This document shows, one piece after another, positions 20,036-29,204 of a stretch of DNA of 64,000 bases. Position 1 is the stretch's first letter; each line of letters begins with the position of its first letter. This DNA comes from Candidatus Oxydemutator sp. (GTDB taxonomy: Bacteria > Pseudomonadota > Gammaproteobacteria > Poriferisulfidales > Oxydemutatoraceae). The position numbers were made by a program, and so were the translations under genes. The stretch is from contig OZ241883.1 in the NCBI GenBank assembly GCA_965203445.1, positions 1,792,001-1,856,000 on the forward strand, in the 5' to 3' direction. A model generated the notes under the pieces. It saw only the letters and a list, made by a program, of their open reading frames with translations, was not told where the DNA came from and ran no database searches.

Positions 20036-20206
20036 ATGGCCGGCGGTGGGAGGCGTGCCGTAACACTGGCGGTCGAAGGCACAGTGGACATGAGGCACTA
20101 CGTTCGAAAGCGATGGTTGCCAACGCGGGCATGCACTACGGCCCCCAGCCTTGCGCGCGCATTCATGCGTTGCTGGACATTTTCGCAACGGGGTTCATGG
20201 TCATAG
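20036..20206 (+). pseudogene. Internally deleted TOPRIM (DUF4276-like) partner of the ATPase
   Basis: N-terminal TLAVEGTVD joined directly to a C-terminal-type YV...W.P..A...APSLARA segment; only 56 aa. Confidence 0.55.
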
Positions 20207-20235
20207 ATTATGGTACAATTTCATTGTATTAAGCG

Positions 20236-20715
20236 ATGACCATGGCTATAAAGGAGACACCAATGTCCGTTCGACCGGGAAGACGGTATTGTCCGCGCGC
20301 GCGACGGCAGAAAGATTTCTGGGCCGTCGTCGGAATGCCTGCCCGCGGAAAAGAGTTGCACGATGAGTTGCATGGCGGCTTTTCTTATAAGGTGTACAAC
20401 AATCTTGCCGCTCTTTCAGGGTTGAGCAAAAAAGAACTGGCCGAGGCGGCGGTGATTGCACCGGCGACATTGCAACGCAGGGCCAGGGCGGGGAAATTCA
20501 ACCGCGACGAAAGCGACCGCCTGTACCGGCTTGCAAAAATATTGAAGGCGGCCACCGATCTATATGAAGGCGACATGGAAACGGCAAAGACGTGGCTGAG
20601 AAAACCCGTTCGCGGACTTGGAAACCGCAAACCCATTGACATGCTGGCCACGTCCGCCGAGACCGAGGCGGTGATGGACTTGATCGGGCGCCTGGAACAC
20701 GGAGTTTTTACGTGA
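20236..20715 (+). CDS. Antitoxin Xre/MbcA/ParS (DUF2384)
   Basis: TLQRR...ESDRLYR...A..WL..P...LG...PIDML.T..E...V.DLIGRLEHGVF. Confidence 0.92.
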   Translation: MTMAIKETPMSVRPGRRYCPRARRQKDFWAVVGMPARGKELHDELHGGFSYKVYNNLAALSGLSKKELAEAAVIAPATLQRRARAGKFNRDESDRLYRLAKILKAATDLYEGDMETAKTWLRKPVRGLGNRKPIDMLATSAETEAVMDLIGRLEHGVFT

Positions 20716-21174
20716 GTGTCTCTAACAATTTATCGTATCGTCACGAAGAAACGGCCGAACAAAGTGCTCGATGGGGAAGGAGCGCGACTGCTCGGCGGCC
20801 GCTGGAACAGCAAGGGAAAGAGGTGCGTCTATACGGCCGGGTCGGAATCGCTGGCTGTTTTGGAAGTGCTGGTTCATGCCGAACGGCCGCTGGTTTCAAG
20901 CCGCTGTCGTTTGTTTGAACTGCAACTGTCCGAAGAAGACGTTTTGCACCTCGATAAACTCCCGGACAACTGGCGTGCCGAACCGCCCCCGCCAGAAACG
21001 GCAGAGATCGGCGACGCTTGGCTCGACAGCAACGAGAGTCTTGCGCTTGCCGTGCCGAGCACAGTTGTGCCGAGAGAATGGAATTACCTGTTGAACCCGA
21101 AACACGATAGATTTGACTCGCTGGTGTTAAAGTCGAAACGTCTTCCGTTCGAGTTCGATTCCCGATTGTTGTAG
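20716..21174 (+). CDS. RES-domain toxin (NAD+ phosphorylase family)
   Basis: YRI...GEGA...GGRWNSKG..VY...SLAVLE.LVH...VPS.VVP.E.NYLLNP.H. Confidence 0.93.
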   Translation: MSLTIYRIVTKKRPNKVLDGEGARLLGGRWNSKGKRCVYTAGSESLAVLEVLVHAERPLVSSRCRLFELQLSEEDVLHLDKLPDNWRAEPPPPETAEIGDAWLDSNESLALAVPSTVVPREWNYLLNPKHDRFDSLVLKSKRLPFEFDSRLL

Positions 21175-21319
21175 AGCATCGGCTTTGTGCTGTATAAAGC
21201 CGGAAAGATACTGGAAACGGTTTTAAGCAAAAAAGAGTAGCCGATGTGCAAACAAAGCATGTCGGTTACCACATCAGAGGATTTTATACGAACCTCTTAC
21301 GCTTTTTCAGGAGGAGATC

Positions 21320-21610
21320 ATGCTTCAAATTGACATACGGAAAATGCTGTCCTGGTTCAGGGGTGGTGACTCCGACGAACCAGTCATGCACATCACTCCC
21401 AAGGGTGGCTGGTACACTGACGCAGACAAATTGTTGCGCAGCCCGAAAACGAAAAAGTTGGTTGAGGAGATGGAACCGATAGTCAGAGAGATAAAGAGGC
21501 GACAGACAAATCAGCCGGAGGTCGGAGATTCAAACTACTCCATAGGCTCGGTATATATACGCATAAGAACACTCATACAGTTTCGTATTGAATCCCCGCA
21601 ACCCTCATAG
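21320..21610 (+). CDS. Hypothetical protein
   Basis: Strong AGGAGGAG RBS before the ATG; 96 aa; no recognised motif. Confidence 0.5.
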   Translation: MLQIDIRKMLSWFRGGDSDEPVMHITPKGGWYTDADKLLRSPKTKKLVEEMEPIVREIKRRQTNQPEVGDSNYSIGSVYIRIRTLIQFRIESPQPS

Positions 21611-21664
21611 ACACTTCTTGGTATTTCTTATGGCCTGACCTTCTCTCTAAAAATGAATCCCGAA

Positions 21665-22150
21665 CTATCGGTACGTTCGTAAGCTTACATTTTCAAAGTC
21701 GAAGGGCGTTTGTCCTTTTTGATCACATTCAGACTCCCTTAGAATCGGCACAAGCGTGACCGACTGCAACGGGCCTTTATCGCAAACGTGCTTCAGCGAT
21801 TGGGTGATGGGCACTACTATGCGCTGGCGGGTCAGCGGGTGCTGAGTCACCAGCGGCGCGCCAGGCATGGGCCGGGGCACATCGCAATGGCCGTCTCCGC
21901 CGAAGCAGCCACCGTGACCAAACACCGTGAATTTTCCTGCGTAGCCGGCGTCGGCAGTGCATTTTGTATCGCGGTTCGCTTGCTTGTTATTCAAGTAAAT
22001 CCTCACCTCATAGGAAAGCGTACTATGGTCAACTCCCATGAAGATCAAATCAGCACGAGAAAACCTCATCTCCCCACTTTCTGGCGACTTGAAGTTCAGA
22101 TCCACGTGGCGAACCCCGCTATTCACGCCTATCTTTTTTTGTGGCTCCAT
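21665..22150 (-). CDS. Tyrosinase-associated beta-sandwich protein
   Basis: RADLIF.GVDHS..SYEVRIYLNN...GYAGKF.VFGHGGCFG..GHCDV; GGGAGGG RBS; directly downstream of the tyrosinase. Confidence 0.65.
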   Translation of the reverse strand: MEPQKKIGVNSGVRHVDLNFKSPESGEMRFSRADLIFMGVDHSTLSYEVRIYLNNKQANRDTKCTADAGYAGKFTVFGHGGCFGGDGHCDVPRPMPGAPLVTQHPLTRQRIVVPITQSLKHVCDKGPLQSVTLVPILRESECDQKGQTPFDFENVSLRTYR

Positions 22151-22161
22151 ATGACCCTCCC

Positions 22162-23082
22162 TTACTGGATGACTTGAATGGCATACTCATATCCGAGTCT
22201 ACCAATATCGAGTGTTTGGGCAACCGTCATTGGAAACGGCGATAATACCGTGTCCAACATGTGGTCCGGAGGATTCTGGCCATGCCCACTGTTCTGCCAC
22301 AGATACCAGAGGCGGTCTATCATAGAGTGATGAGACCAGAAAATCGGATCAAAGGCGGCGGTTGCCACCACCGACATGCTGCCACCAACCCATAGATGAA
22401 CGGCGCTATGCGGCCCATTTTCGAGGCGTAATGAGAAATCCTCAAACGTCGTCGCGGAGAGAATGGATTCGATGGGATCGTCGGTTGAACCACTCCACTT
22501 TGGTAGATCATCGTTGTTTCCCGGATTACGAACCGTGTATGGCGGATTTTGAGGAGAAACAGTACTGGGGCTTCTGCTGCGGACATCTCTCAGCAATGGT
22601 TCAGACCAAACGCCAAAGCTGATTGTGGAGTCGGGGGACGGGATACGGGCGCTCGCCAAGGGGTTGGGTTTGCCGCCAATACTCTGTTGTGCATAGGATT
22701 CCGGAATACCGTGCTGATGCGATTCGTCGGATGTCCAATCCCACCACGGCAACCCAGGATCATCCTCAGCAGGTGGTTTGACAATGGACAGGCGCGGCCC
22801 TAAGCGTCCTTGCATAGCCAACTCGTAGTAGTACAGGTAAGCTCTGTGCCACGGCAGAAAGAGTAGCGCTGTCTCACCAAGATGGTCTCTGCTATGTTCA
22901 CACCACTCTGGCAGAGGCAAGCCATGGATGGAGGCAAACCACGTATAGCTCAGATCATCGTGGCGTAGCACACGTGGATCTGGATCATCGTGGCGTCGCA
23001 CAAAATTGTTGAATGCCGACCGATATTTGGCAAGCTGTTTGGAATCGGTCTCCAACCCGCGAATGTTTTGCCGAACTGCCAT
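22162..23082 (-). CDS. Tyrosinase family type-3 copper protein
   Basis: CuA: IHG...WCEH...LFLPWHRAY; CuB: PHSAVH...AAFDPIFWSHHSMIDRLW. Confidence 0.92.
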   Translation of the reverse strand: MAVRQNIRGLETDSKQLAKYRSAFNNFVRRHDDPDPRVLRHDDLSYTWFASIHGLPLPEWCEHSRDHLGETALLFLPWHRAYLYYYELAMQGRLGPRLSIVKPPAEDDPGLPWWDWTSDESHQHGIPESYAQQSIGGKPNPLASARIPSPDSTISFGVWSEPLLRDVRSRSPSTVSPQNPPYTVRNPGNNDDLPKWSGSTDDPIESILSATTFEDFSLRLENGPHSAVHLWVGGSMSVVATAAFDPIFWSHHSMIDRLWYLWQNSGHGQNPPDHMLDTVLSPFPMTVAQTLDIGRLGYEYAIQVIQ

Positions 23083-23265
23083 GGAATCTGGATTATATAC
23101 AAAGGCTCATCAAATGTGTATGGGGTTGATCTTCTGCCTGAATTAAGGCCACAGCCATTGAGAAAAATCCCATTGTATCAGGCCATTTTCTCAAAGAAGG
23201 TTCCAAATTAAGTGTTTAGTTATAATTATTTTGTGTTTTCGACGGAAAAATGTTATAAAGCAGTT

Positions 23266-24474
23266 ATGATTCATAGATTTTCTGTATCCAACTACTACTC
23301 AATTAATGAGGAGGTGGTTCTGGATTTGCGGATTCCGGGCACCGCCCCCGATTTGCCTCGCTTCAGGCGAAGCGAGGCAAAGCCGGATATTCGGTTGCCC
23401 GCCGTCGCCGTGCTTATGGGGCCGAATGGGTCCGGCAAGACGACATTGCTTCGCGCTTTGAATACGGTTGCCCAGATTATTGTTGCAACTGACGGAAGAC
23501 TGCTTGCCACCATTCTTCCCTTTTCAGCCGGAGATTCTCTGCACAAGCCCACGATGTTTTGCGTGGATTTTGAGGCTGCCTTGCTGGAGGAGGATACGGA
23601 TCACCGTGAGTTGTTCCGCTACGAAATTTCGATAAGGCGTGACGCTCGGGGCAGTCCCCCTGTTAATGCGATTTGCTATGAGGCATTGTCTCATTTTCCA
23701 AAGGGACGCAAGCGCCGTTTGTTTGAACGTGGCGGACATGGCAAGTCCATTTACGTTTCCGATGAGTTCGAAATCAAGCCTACGGACGACCGTCTGAAGG
23801 CGGTTCACCCGGGTGTTTCGGTAATCGCGATGTTGGCGTTTCTTAACGTGTCTCTGGCCACGAGAATTAACAGGGAAGTCGCTGAATTTCTGCTTGTGTC
23901 CAACATCCTGCCTGGGCACGACCAGGGGTGGGAATACCCGACCCAGGAAGTAGTGAGTATGATTGAGCAACACCCGGAATTAGAAGAGTGGATTAAACAA
24001 ACGATTCAGCGTAGCGATTTGGCGATTCATGACTTTTATATCAGAGACATCATGAAAGGTGGCCCTAAGCAGGTTTTTTTCAAGCATCATGGACTTGATC
24101 CGGATATTCCTCTGCCCTTCGAGTCCCGTGGAACAAAACGCTACTTTCATTTGTTGCCCAAGATTTATCATGCGTTGGATAGAGGCCTGCCTGCCGTTCT
24201 TGATGAGGTGGACGGCGACCTCCATATAGATCTCTTCGGCGATATTTTGCAAGGGTTCCGAGCGCAAGAGACCAATCCCAATAATGCGCAGATTATCGTC
24301 ACGTCGCACAACGTAGGTTTGCTCGACGACCTGGAGAAAGAGGAGCTTTTTATCGTCGAGAAGGGGAAAGACAGCGCCACTCGTGCCCAGGACGTGCGCG
24401 GCTTGCGCCGGGATGTTTCTTTGTATCCCAAGTACCGTGTCGGCGTGCTCGGCGGCATTCCGAAGATCGGTTAA
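23266..24474 (+). CDS. AAA_21 ATPase (RloA/AbiLi-like)
   Basis: FSVSNYYSI, GPNGSGKT, ESRGT signature, VLDE...LH, AQII.TSH, Y..G.LGGIP terminus. Confidence 0.88.
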   Translation: MIHRFSVSNYYSINEEVVLDLRIPGTAPDLPRFRRSEAKPDIRLPAVAVLMGPNGSGKTTLLRALNTVAQIIVATDGRLLATILPFSAGDSLHKPTMFCVDFEAALLEEDTDHRELFRYEISIRRDARGSPPVNAICYEALSHFPKGRKRRLFERGGHGKSIYVSDEFEIKPTDDRLKAVHPGVSVIAMLAFLNVSLATRINREVAEFLLVSNILPGHDQGWEYPTQEVVSMIEQHPELEEWIKQTIQRSDLAIHDFYIRDIMKGGPKQVFFKHHGLDPDIPLPFESRGTKRYFHLLPKIYHALDRGLPAVLDEVDGDLHIDLFGDILQGFRAQETNPNNAQIIVTSHNVGLLDDLEKEELFIVEKGKDSATRAQDVRGLRRDVSLYPKYRVGVLGGIPKIG

Positions 24475-24483
24475 GAAGTATAG

Positions 24484-25041
24484 ATGCCACGCCGTGCACC
24501 TCGAACGGTCGTTTTCGTCTGGGTAGAAGGCAAAAGCGACCAGGCTTTCGCCCGTTTTTTGGAACGTTGCTTCAATAAGGATGGTATGCGCTTACATTTG
24601 GATCCCAAGCAAGCGGGCGGCGGCGACACGCTGGCCGTTGTCGAGACGGCTATACGTTATCTGAAGAGACGCGGATCAAGAAATTATTACCACCAAAAAA
24701 TAGTGTTGCTGGACAAAGATCGCATAGGGGAGGATAAACGACATGGCCGCGACGCGCTCGCTAAGGCGAAAAAGCATCGTTTGAAACTCATTTTTCAAGA
24801 CCCGAACTTGGAAGGATTGTTACTGCGACTGCATTATGGGAACGAGCGCAAAGAGTATCAGCCGCAAGAAACAGAGAGAAAATTGAAGCAGTCCTGGTCT
24901 AAGTACGACAAGTCAAATTTGAGCGCAAAACAACTGTGTGAGCACTTCACAATCGCCGATGTGCACCGGGCGGCCAAATATGACCCGCAGCTACAGCGGC
25001 TTATCGCCATCCTCGAAGAGGCCGCTGCTAAGGCGACATGA
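24484..25041 (+). CDS. RloB-like TOPRIM protein
   Basis: VWVEGKSD, GGGD, LLDKD, PNLEGLLLRLH; follows the RloA-like ATPase. Confidence 0.75.
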   Translation: MPRRAPRTVVFVWVEGKSDQAFARFLERCFNKDGMRLHLDPKQAGGGDTLAVVETAIRYLKRRGSRNYYHQKIVLLDKDRIGEDKRHGRDALAKAKKHRLKLIFQDPNLEGLLLRLHYGNERKEYQPQETERKLKQSWSKYDKSNLSAKQLCEHFTIADVHRAAKYDPQLQRLIAILEEAAAKAT

Positions 25042-25093
25042 CGTTCCTCCTGCATTACAGGCACAGTCCTGGGCAAAGCGCGCCCTGATTAAA

Positions 25094-25135
25094 CCCTCTC
25101 CCTCCGGGAGAGGGTGGCCGCAGGCCGGGTGAGGG
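25094..25135. repeat. Palindromic REP/BoxC-like element
   Basis: CCCTCTCCCTCCGGGAGAGGG-TGGCCGCAGGCCGGGTGAGGG, between convergent genes; related copies near 44.2, 55.6 and 59.0 kb. Confidence 0.8.
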
Positions 25136-25157
25136 TGAGGGGATTGTGCTATTGCCC

Positions 25158-26450
25158 TCACCCCATGCCGCATTCGTCCCATGCGGTTGGGTTTTCCAGC
25201 ACGGCTTTTTTGTCGTCGTCCAGATGCACCGGCAGAATCTCCAGCGCGAGCCGCGGGTGGGTTTCATACCAGAGGGAACGCGCTTCCGTGAATTGCCTGT
25301 TCCACGGATACAGCAGGCAGAGCATGGGCGCGCGCTTTTCCCGGGCCGCGTATCTTTTCCCGTAGGCATACAGCTGATACAGATCGCTCTGGCTGATTCC
25401 ACAATGCCTGTCGCGTGTGGCCAGGCGCTTCCATTTGACGTCCATCACCAGCGTCCGGTCTCGTTTTCTGGCCACGATGTCGGGACGGAGGCGAAACTCG
25501 GGCGCACCTTCGGAATTTTTCTCCACTAGGTGCAGGACGCTTTCCTGTGTGCGGACTTTCCAATCGGTCAGTTCCCGGCGCAGGCGGTGCGCGACATAGT
25601 TCTCGAAGATTTTTTCCATCGGAAACAGCAAAGCCACGGCCGGGTTTGGGCCGCGGCAGGTAGTCGGAGCGCCGTTTTCCAGGAACAACCTTGCCCACGG
25701 AAACAGGCGGGAGTACAGCGGCATCGTGCGATCCACTCTGGCGCGAATCAGATCGGCGGCGATGTTTTTCGACGCGGGGACGTCCTCGAGGCAAAAAGCG
25801 GCCTGTCGGATCAACGCCTGATTGCCGGGGCTCCGGCTGAGGTGCCGCAGAAGCGACAGCGCGGACTGCAACAGGCGATTGACCGGGCGGTTCGTCGAAA
25901 ATCTCTGATAGCGTACGTAAAACCGTTCCTGGTGCGCCAGGTTGCGGCGCAAGTGTTCGGTGAGGACGAGTTTCCCTTTCAGCGTGTACAGGTTGTTTTC
26001 GATTCCGCCATAGGCGCGGGCGAGGCCGCGGCCCGCCAGTTTCAGCAGGTCTCTCAGAAACATTGTGACGAAGCCTTCGAACAGCGGAAAGTTTTTCATC
26101 GCCTGCACGTCGGCGTCGCCCATGTCCCTGCAGGGGCCGTCGTGCCAGGTGCGGAGCATTTTCAGAAAAATCCCCCTTTCTCTGGCGGTATCGGACACGA
26201 CGCTGGCGGATAAGTCCACTTTCGGCAGGATTTCGATTGTGGTGCCGCGACGCGTTTGGATAACGCCGACGAAGTTCCTTGCCTTCAGAAATGGGCCGCG
26301 CGGCTCCAGAACGTATCGCCCTTTTTTCGATCCAGATAGAACGAAGTTGTGAATTTCGTCAAAATCCTCGCGGCCGATCCGCTGATCCGCTCCCTCATCA
26401 CAGCCGAGGGTCTCGAACTCGCGCAGCGTTATTGCTCTGTGGTTACGCAT
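25158..26450 (-). CDS. mcrC: McrC family restriction subunit
   Basis: NFVGVI...IEILPK, LLFPMEKIFENYV, LRPDI...MDVKWK, SQSDLYQLYAYG; start overlaps the mcrB stop. Confidence 0.9.
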   Translation of the reverse strand: MRNHRAITLREFETLGCDEGADQRIGREDFDEIHNFVLSGSKKGRYVLEPRGPFLKARNFVGVIQTRRGTTIEILPKVDLSASVVSDTARERGIFLKMLRTWHDGPCRDMGDADVQAMKNFPLFEGFVTMFLRDLLKLAGRGLARAYGGIENNLYTLKGKLVLTEHLRRNLAHQERFYVRYQRFSTNRPVNRLLQSALSLLRHLSRSPGNQALIRQAAFCLEDVPASKNIAADLIRARVDRTMPLYSRLFPWARLFLENGAPTTCRGPNPAVALLFPMEKIFENYVAHRLRRELTDWKVRTQESVLHLVEKNSEGAPEFRLRPDIVARKRDRTLVMDVKWKRLATRDRHCGISQSDLYQLYAYGKRYAAREKRAPMLCLLYPWNRQFTEARSLWYETHPRLALEILPVHLDDDKKAVLENPTAWDECGMG

Positions 26451-28173
26451 CGCCGCCTCTGCCGGCGTAGATTTTCCGGTACTCCTCGGCAACGTGGAAT
26501 GTCTCTTCGCCGGCGATGCGCCAGATTTTTTTGTCGCGGTCGACGAAGTCGCTGTCCGGCATCCCGGGTGGTTTTTCGACCGTGACAAACCCGTTGTCGT
26601 TGAGCACCAGATTGATTTTCTCCCAGTCGTCGTAAAAGTATTCCTGCAACAACGGCAGCACCTGACGGCGGAAAATACCGGCGAGTTTTTCGATGGTCGG
26701 CTCGTCCGTAAGCGGCAGGAAATAGGTATGCCCTATCTGGTGGTCGCGGTCGTAGATCGCCTCGATACGCCGGTTGATGATCTCGAGCAGCCGCGCCACG
26801 TCAATGCTCTCGACGGTCACGCCTTGCAGCAGACCGGGTTCGGGCATCATCTCGACGAACTGAAACCGGCGCCGCAACGCAGTGTCCAGCAGTGCTATCG
26901 AGCGGTCGGCGGTGTTCATCGTGGCGATGACATGGAGGTTGGCGGGGACGCTGAACGATTCTTTGGAATAGGGCAGGGTGGTGCTCAGCGCGTCCTCCGC
27001 ACCGGTGCGCTTGGATGGTTCCAACAGCGTGATCAACTCGCCAAAAATCGCCGCGATGTTGCCGCGGTTGATTTCGTCTATGATCAGAACATAAGGCTGC
27101 GACGGCTTGCCGCGCGCGGTCTCGCATATTCGCTTGAATACACCCGGCTCCACCCGATAAGAAATCTGCCCGTCGTCGGTTCGCGCCTTCAAGCCTTCGA
27201 TAAAATCCTCGTAACCGACGCTTTGATGAAAGGTTACGAAGTCTATCCGGCCTTGCTCTTTCAGTTCCTCAAAGCGTCTTTGGACGGCAGGCCCGTCGTC
27301 CAGGTCCACGCCGTCGTCGAGGATGTGCAGAGCTTCCCTTTTGGTACGCCAAGTCTTGCCAGTTCCCGGCGGGCCGTACAGGATGCGGTTCGGGTCGTCG
27401 CTCGTCGGGTTTGGCTCTGGTTCGGGAGGAACTGGTTCGAGTTTATTATCATATGCAGCTTTGGATATTTCATGGAATTGATACTTCGGAAACGCTGCGC
27501 GTACTTGATCGTGTATTTTTTTATAGTCGCTGAAATTCGGCGATTTGCGGTCGTGGAGAGGAATGCCATGATTTTTTAGATACTTTCGTATTTTGCTTTG
27601 AGCTTTTAGATACCCTCGCGTTTTTTTGTCAAGGTTTAAGAAAATTGTGGGGCGGATCCAGAACAAGCCCATCGTAAGGTTAAAAGAAACTTGCTTTACC
27701 GTGAGGGCCTGGTCGAAGGCATTTGCGAATTCTTCGCTGTCCATCGGCTTCTGGTCTGGGTGTAACGCCAACTCATATACATGCCAAAGTTTTTCAATGT
27801 CATCTTTCTTTCTGTCGCTTTTGAAAGTAAAAAACCAGCTCTTCTCGGAGCGTAACAATGGAATTCCGGAGAAATCGTTTGGGGTCTTGGCCTGGACGTC
27901 GAATTTCCGTTTGACGGCCTCGATAATGGCGATCCGGTTGCTTTTTCTTGGTTTTGTTCCTCGGTTAAAAACACCGTAGAAAGTAAAAGGATCGATCTCT
28001 GTCAGCAGACTGCTTTTCCCTTGCTCGTCTTTGTCAGAAAGAGAACTGATCGTCAATCCTTGTTCTTCCAACCCCTCCAGAAACTTTATCAGCTGACGTT
28101 GGCGTTTCCGATATTCGAGAAGAGCCGTGGCAAGCTCCTCATAAAAAGGGATCCAAGTAAATTGCGTGGACAT
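26443..28173 (-). CDS. mcrB: McrB family AAA+ GTPase
   Basis: GPPGTGKT, FVTFHQS.GYEDFIEG, IIDEINRGN, TMNTADRS (NxxD), ALRRRF. Confidence 0.93.
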   Translation of the reverse strand: MSTQFTWIPFYEELATALLEYRKRQRQLIKFLEGLEEQGLTISSLSDKDEQGKSSLLTEIDPFTFYGVFNRGTKPRKSNRIAIIEAVKRKFDVQAKTPNDFSGIPLLRSEKSWFFTFKSDRKKDDIEKLWHVYELALHPDQKPMDSEEFANAFDQALTVKQVSFNLTMGLFWIRPTIFLNLDKKTRGYLKAQSKIRKYLKNHGIPLHDRKSPNFSDYKKIHDQVRAAFPKYQFHEISKAAYDNKLEPVPPEPEPNPTSDDPNRILYGPPGTGKTWRTKREALHILDDGVDLDDGPAVQRRFEELKEQGRIDFVTFHQSVGYEDFIEGLKARTDDGQISYRVEPGVFKRICETARGKPSQPYVLIIDEINRGNIAAIFGELITLLEPSKRTGAEDALSTTLPYSKESFSVPANLHVIATMNTADRSIALLDTALRRRFQFVEMMPEPGLLQGVTVESIDVARLLEIINRRIEAIYDRDHQIGHTYFLPLTDEPTIEKLAGIFRRQVLPLLQEYFYDDWEKINLVLNDNGFVTVEKPPGMPDSDFVDRDKKIWRIAGEETFHVAEEYRKIYAGRGGDA

Positions 28174-28196
28174 CTCTTCCTCCTTAAATACAACGT

Positions 28197-29027
28197 GAAC
28201 CTATCTCAAAATCGAATATCTGCTGATTATCGTGTATGATCTATTGCGTGGTACGATTGAGCGATGAGCAATGGGAACGCATACGCAAACACTTCCCAGA
28301 AGAAAACATCCCACCCGGTCGGGCCGGTCGCAAGCCGGTGCCGGCAAGGGAGGTTCTCGAAGGCGTCCTGTGGATCCTGAACACGGGCGCGCAATGGAAG
28401 ATGCTGCCGCAATGTTATCCGAATTACAAAACAGTTCACCGTCGTTTTCAACGCTGGTGTATGGACAACACCTTGCGTGATTTGCTGGTGGACTTGGCCA
28501 ACGATTTGCGCCAGGAAGGGGTCGTGGACGAGAGGGAGTGTTACATAGAGATGTTTGCCGCGGCCAAAGGGGGTGGCACCGAGGTGTGTAGGACGAAGCG
28601 CGGAAAAGGCGTCAGGATCATGGCCATAGTGGATAAGCATGGCCTGCCGTTGTCGCTCAGTACGCACGCGGCGAACCATCACGAAGTGACCTTGGTGCAG
28701 TTGAGTTTTGACTTTTACATGATAGAAGCGAAGCCGAAGAACCTGATAGGGGATCGCGCCTATGATAGCGATGGTTTGGATGAAGAATTGCGCGCTTCTG
28801 GGATAGAGATGATAGCCCCGCACAAACGCAATCGTAAGAAGCACAAGACGCAAGATGGTCGGAGGCTGCGCCGCTATGAAAGACGCTGGATAGTGGAGAG
28901 CTCTTTTGCATGGCTACAATGGCAACGACGAGTGTTAACGCGGTGGGAGTATTACGCGCATAACTTTTTTGGTTTTGTGCAGCTGGCCGCCATGATGATA
29001 TTGATCAGGCAATTTTGAGATAGGTTC
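28197..29027 (+). mobile_element. IS5-family insertion sequence
   Basis: Perfect terminal inverted repeats GAACCTATCTCAAAAT (28197-28212) and ATTTTGAGATAGGTTC (29012-29027) flank a transposase. Confidence 0.92.
28236..29018 (+). CDS. IS5-family transposase (possibly inactive)
   Basis: LSDEQW, GVLWILNTGAQW..LP..Y, TVHRRFQRW, GDRAYDSD, RWIVE.SFAW. Confidence 0.88.
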   Translation: MIYCVVRLSDEQWERIRKHFPEENIPPGRAGRKPVPAREVLEGVLWILNTGAQWKMLPQCYPNYKTVHRRFQRWCMDNTLRDLLVDLANDLRQEGVVDERECYIEMFAAAKGGGTEVCRTKRGKGVRIMAIVDKHGLPLSLSTHAANHHEVTLVQLSFDFYMIEAKPKNLIGDRAYDSDGLDEELRASGIEMIAPHKRNRKKHKTQDGRRLRRYERRWIVESSFAWLQWQRRVLTRWEYYAHNFFGFVQLAAMMILIRQF

Positions 29028-29204
29028 ATAATTCTTTTCTAGTCATTCTGCAGATTCAGTTATATAATTCCCAAAAGAACTTTATCAACTCCTGAAATAC
29101 CACAGAGACTGCAAAACGTATGATTTCTTTTTTACTGATTGGGCTGGAACGGCCCCTCAAATCATGAGTTTGCCGTTGATTTGAGCCATCTGGTGGAGTC
29201 GCCA

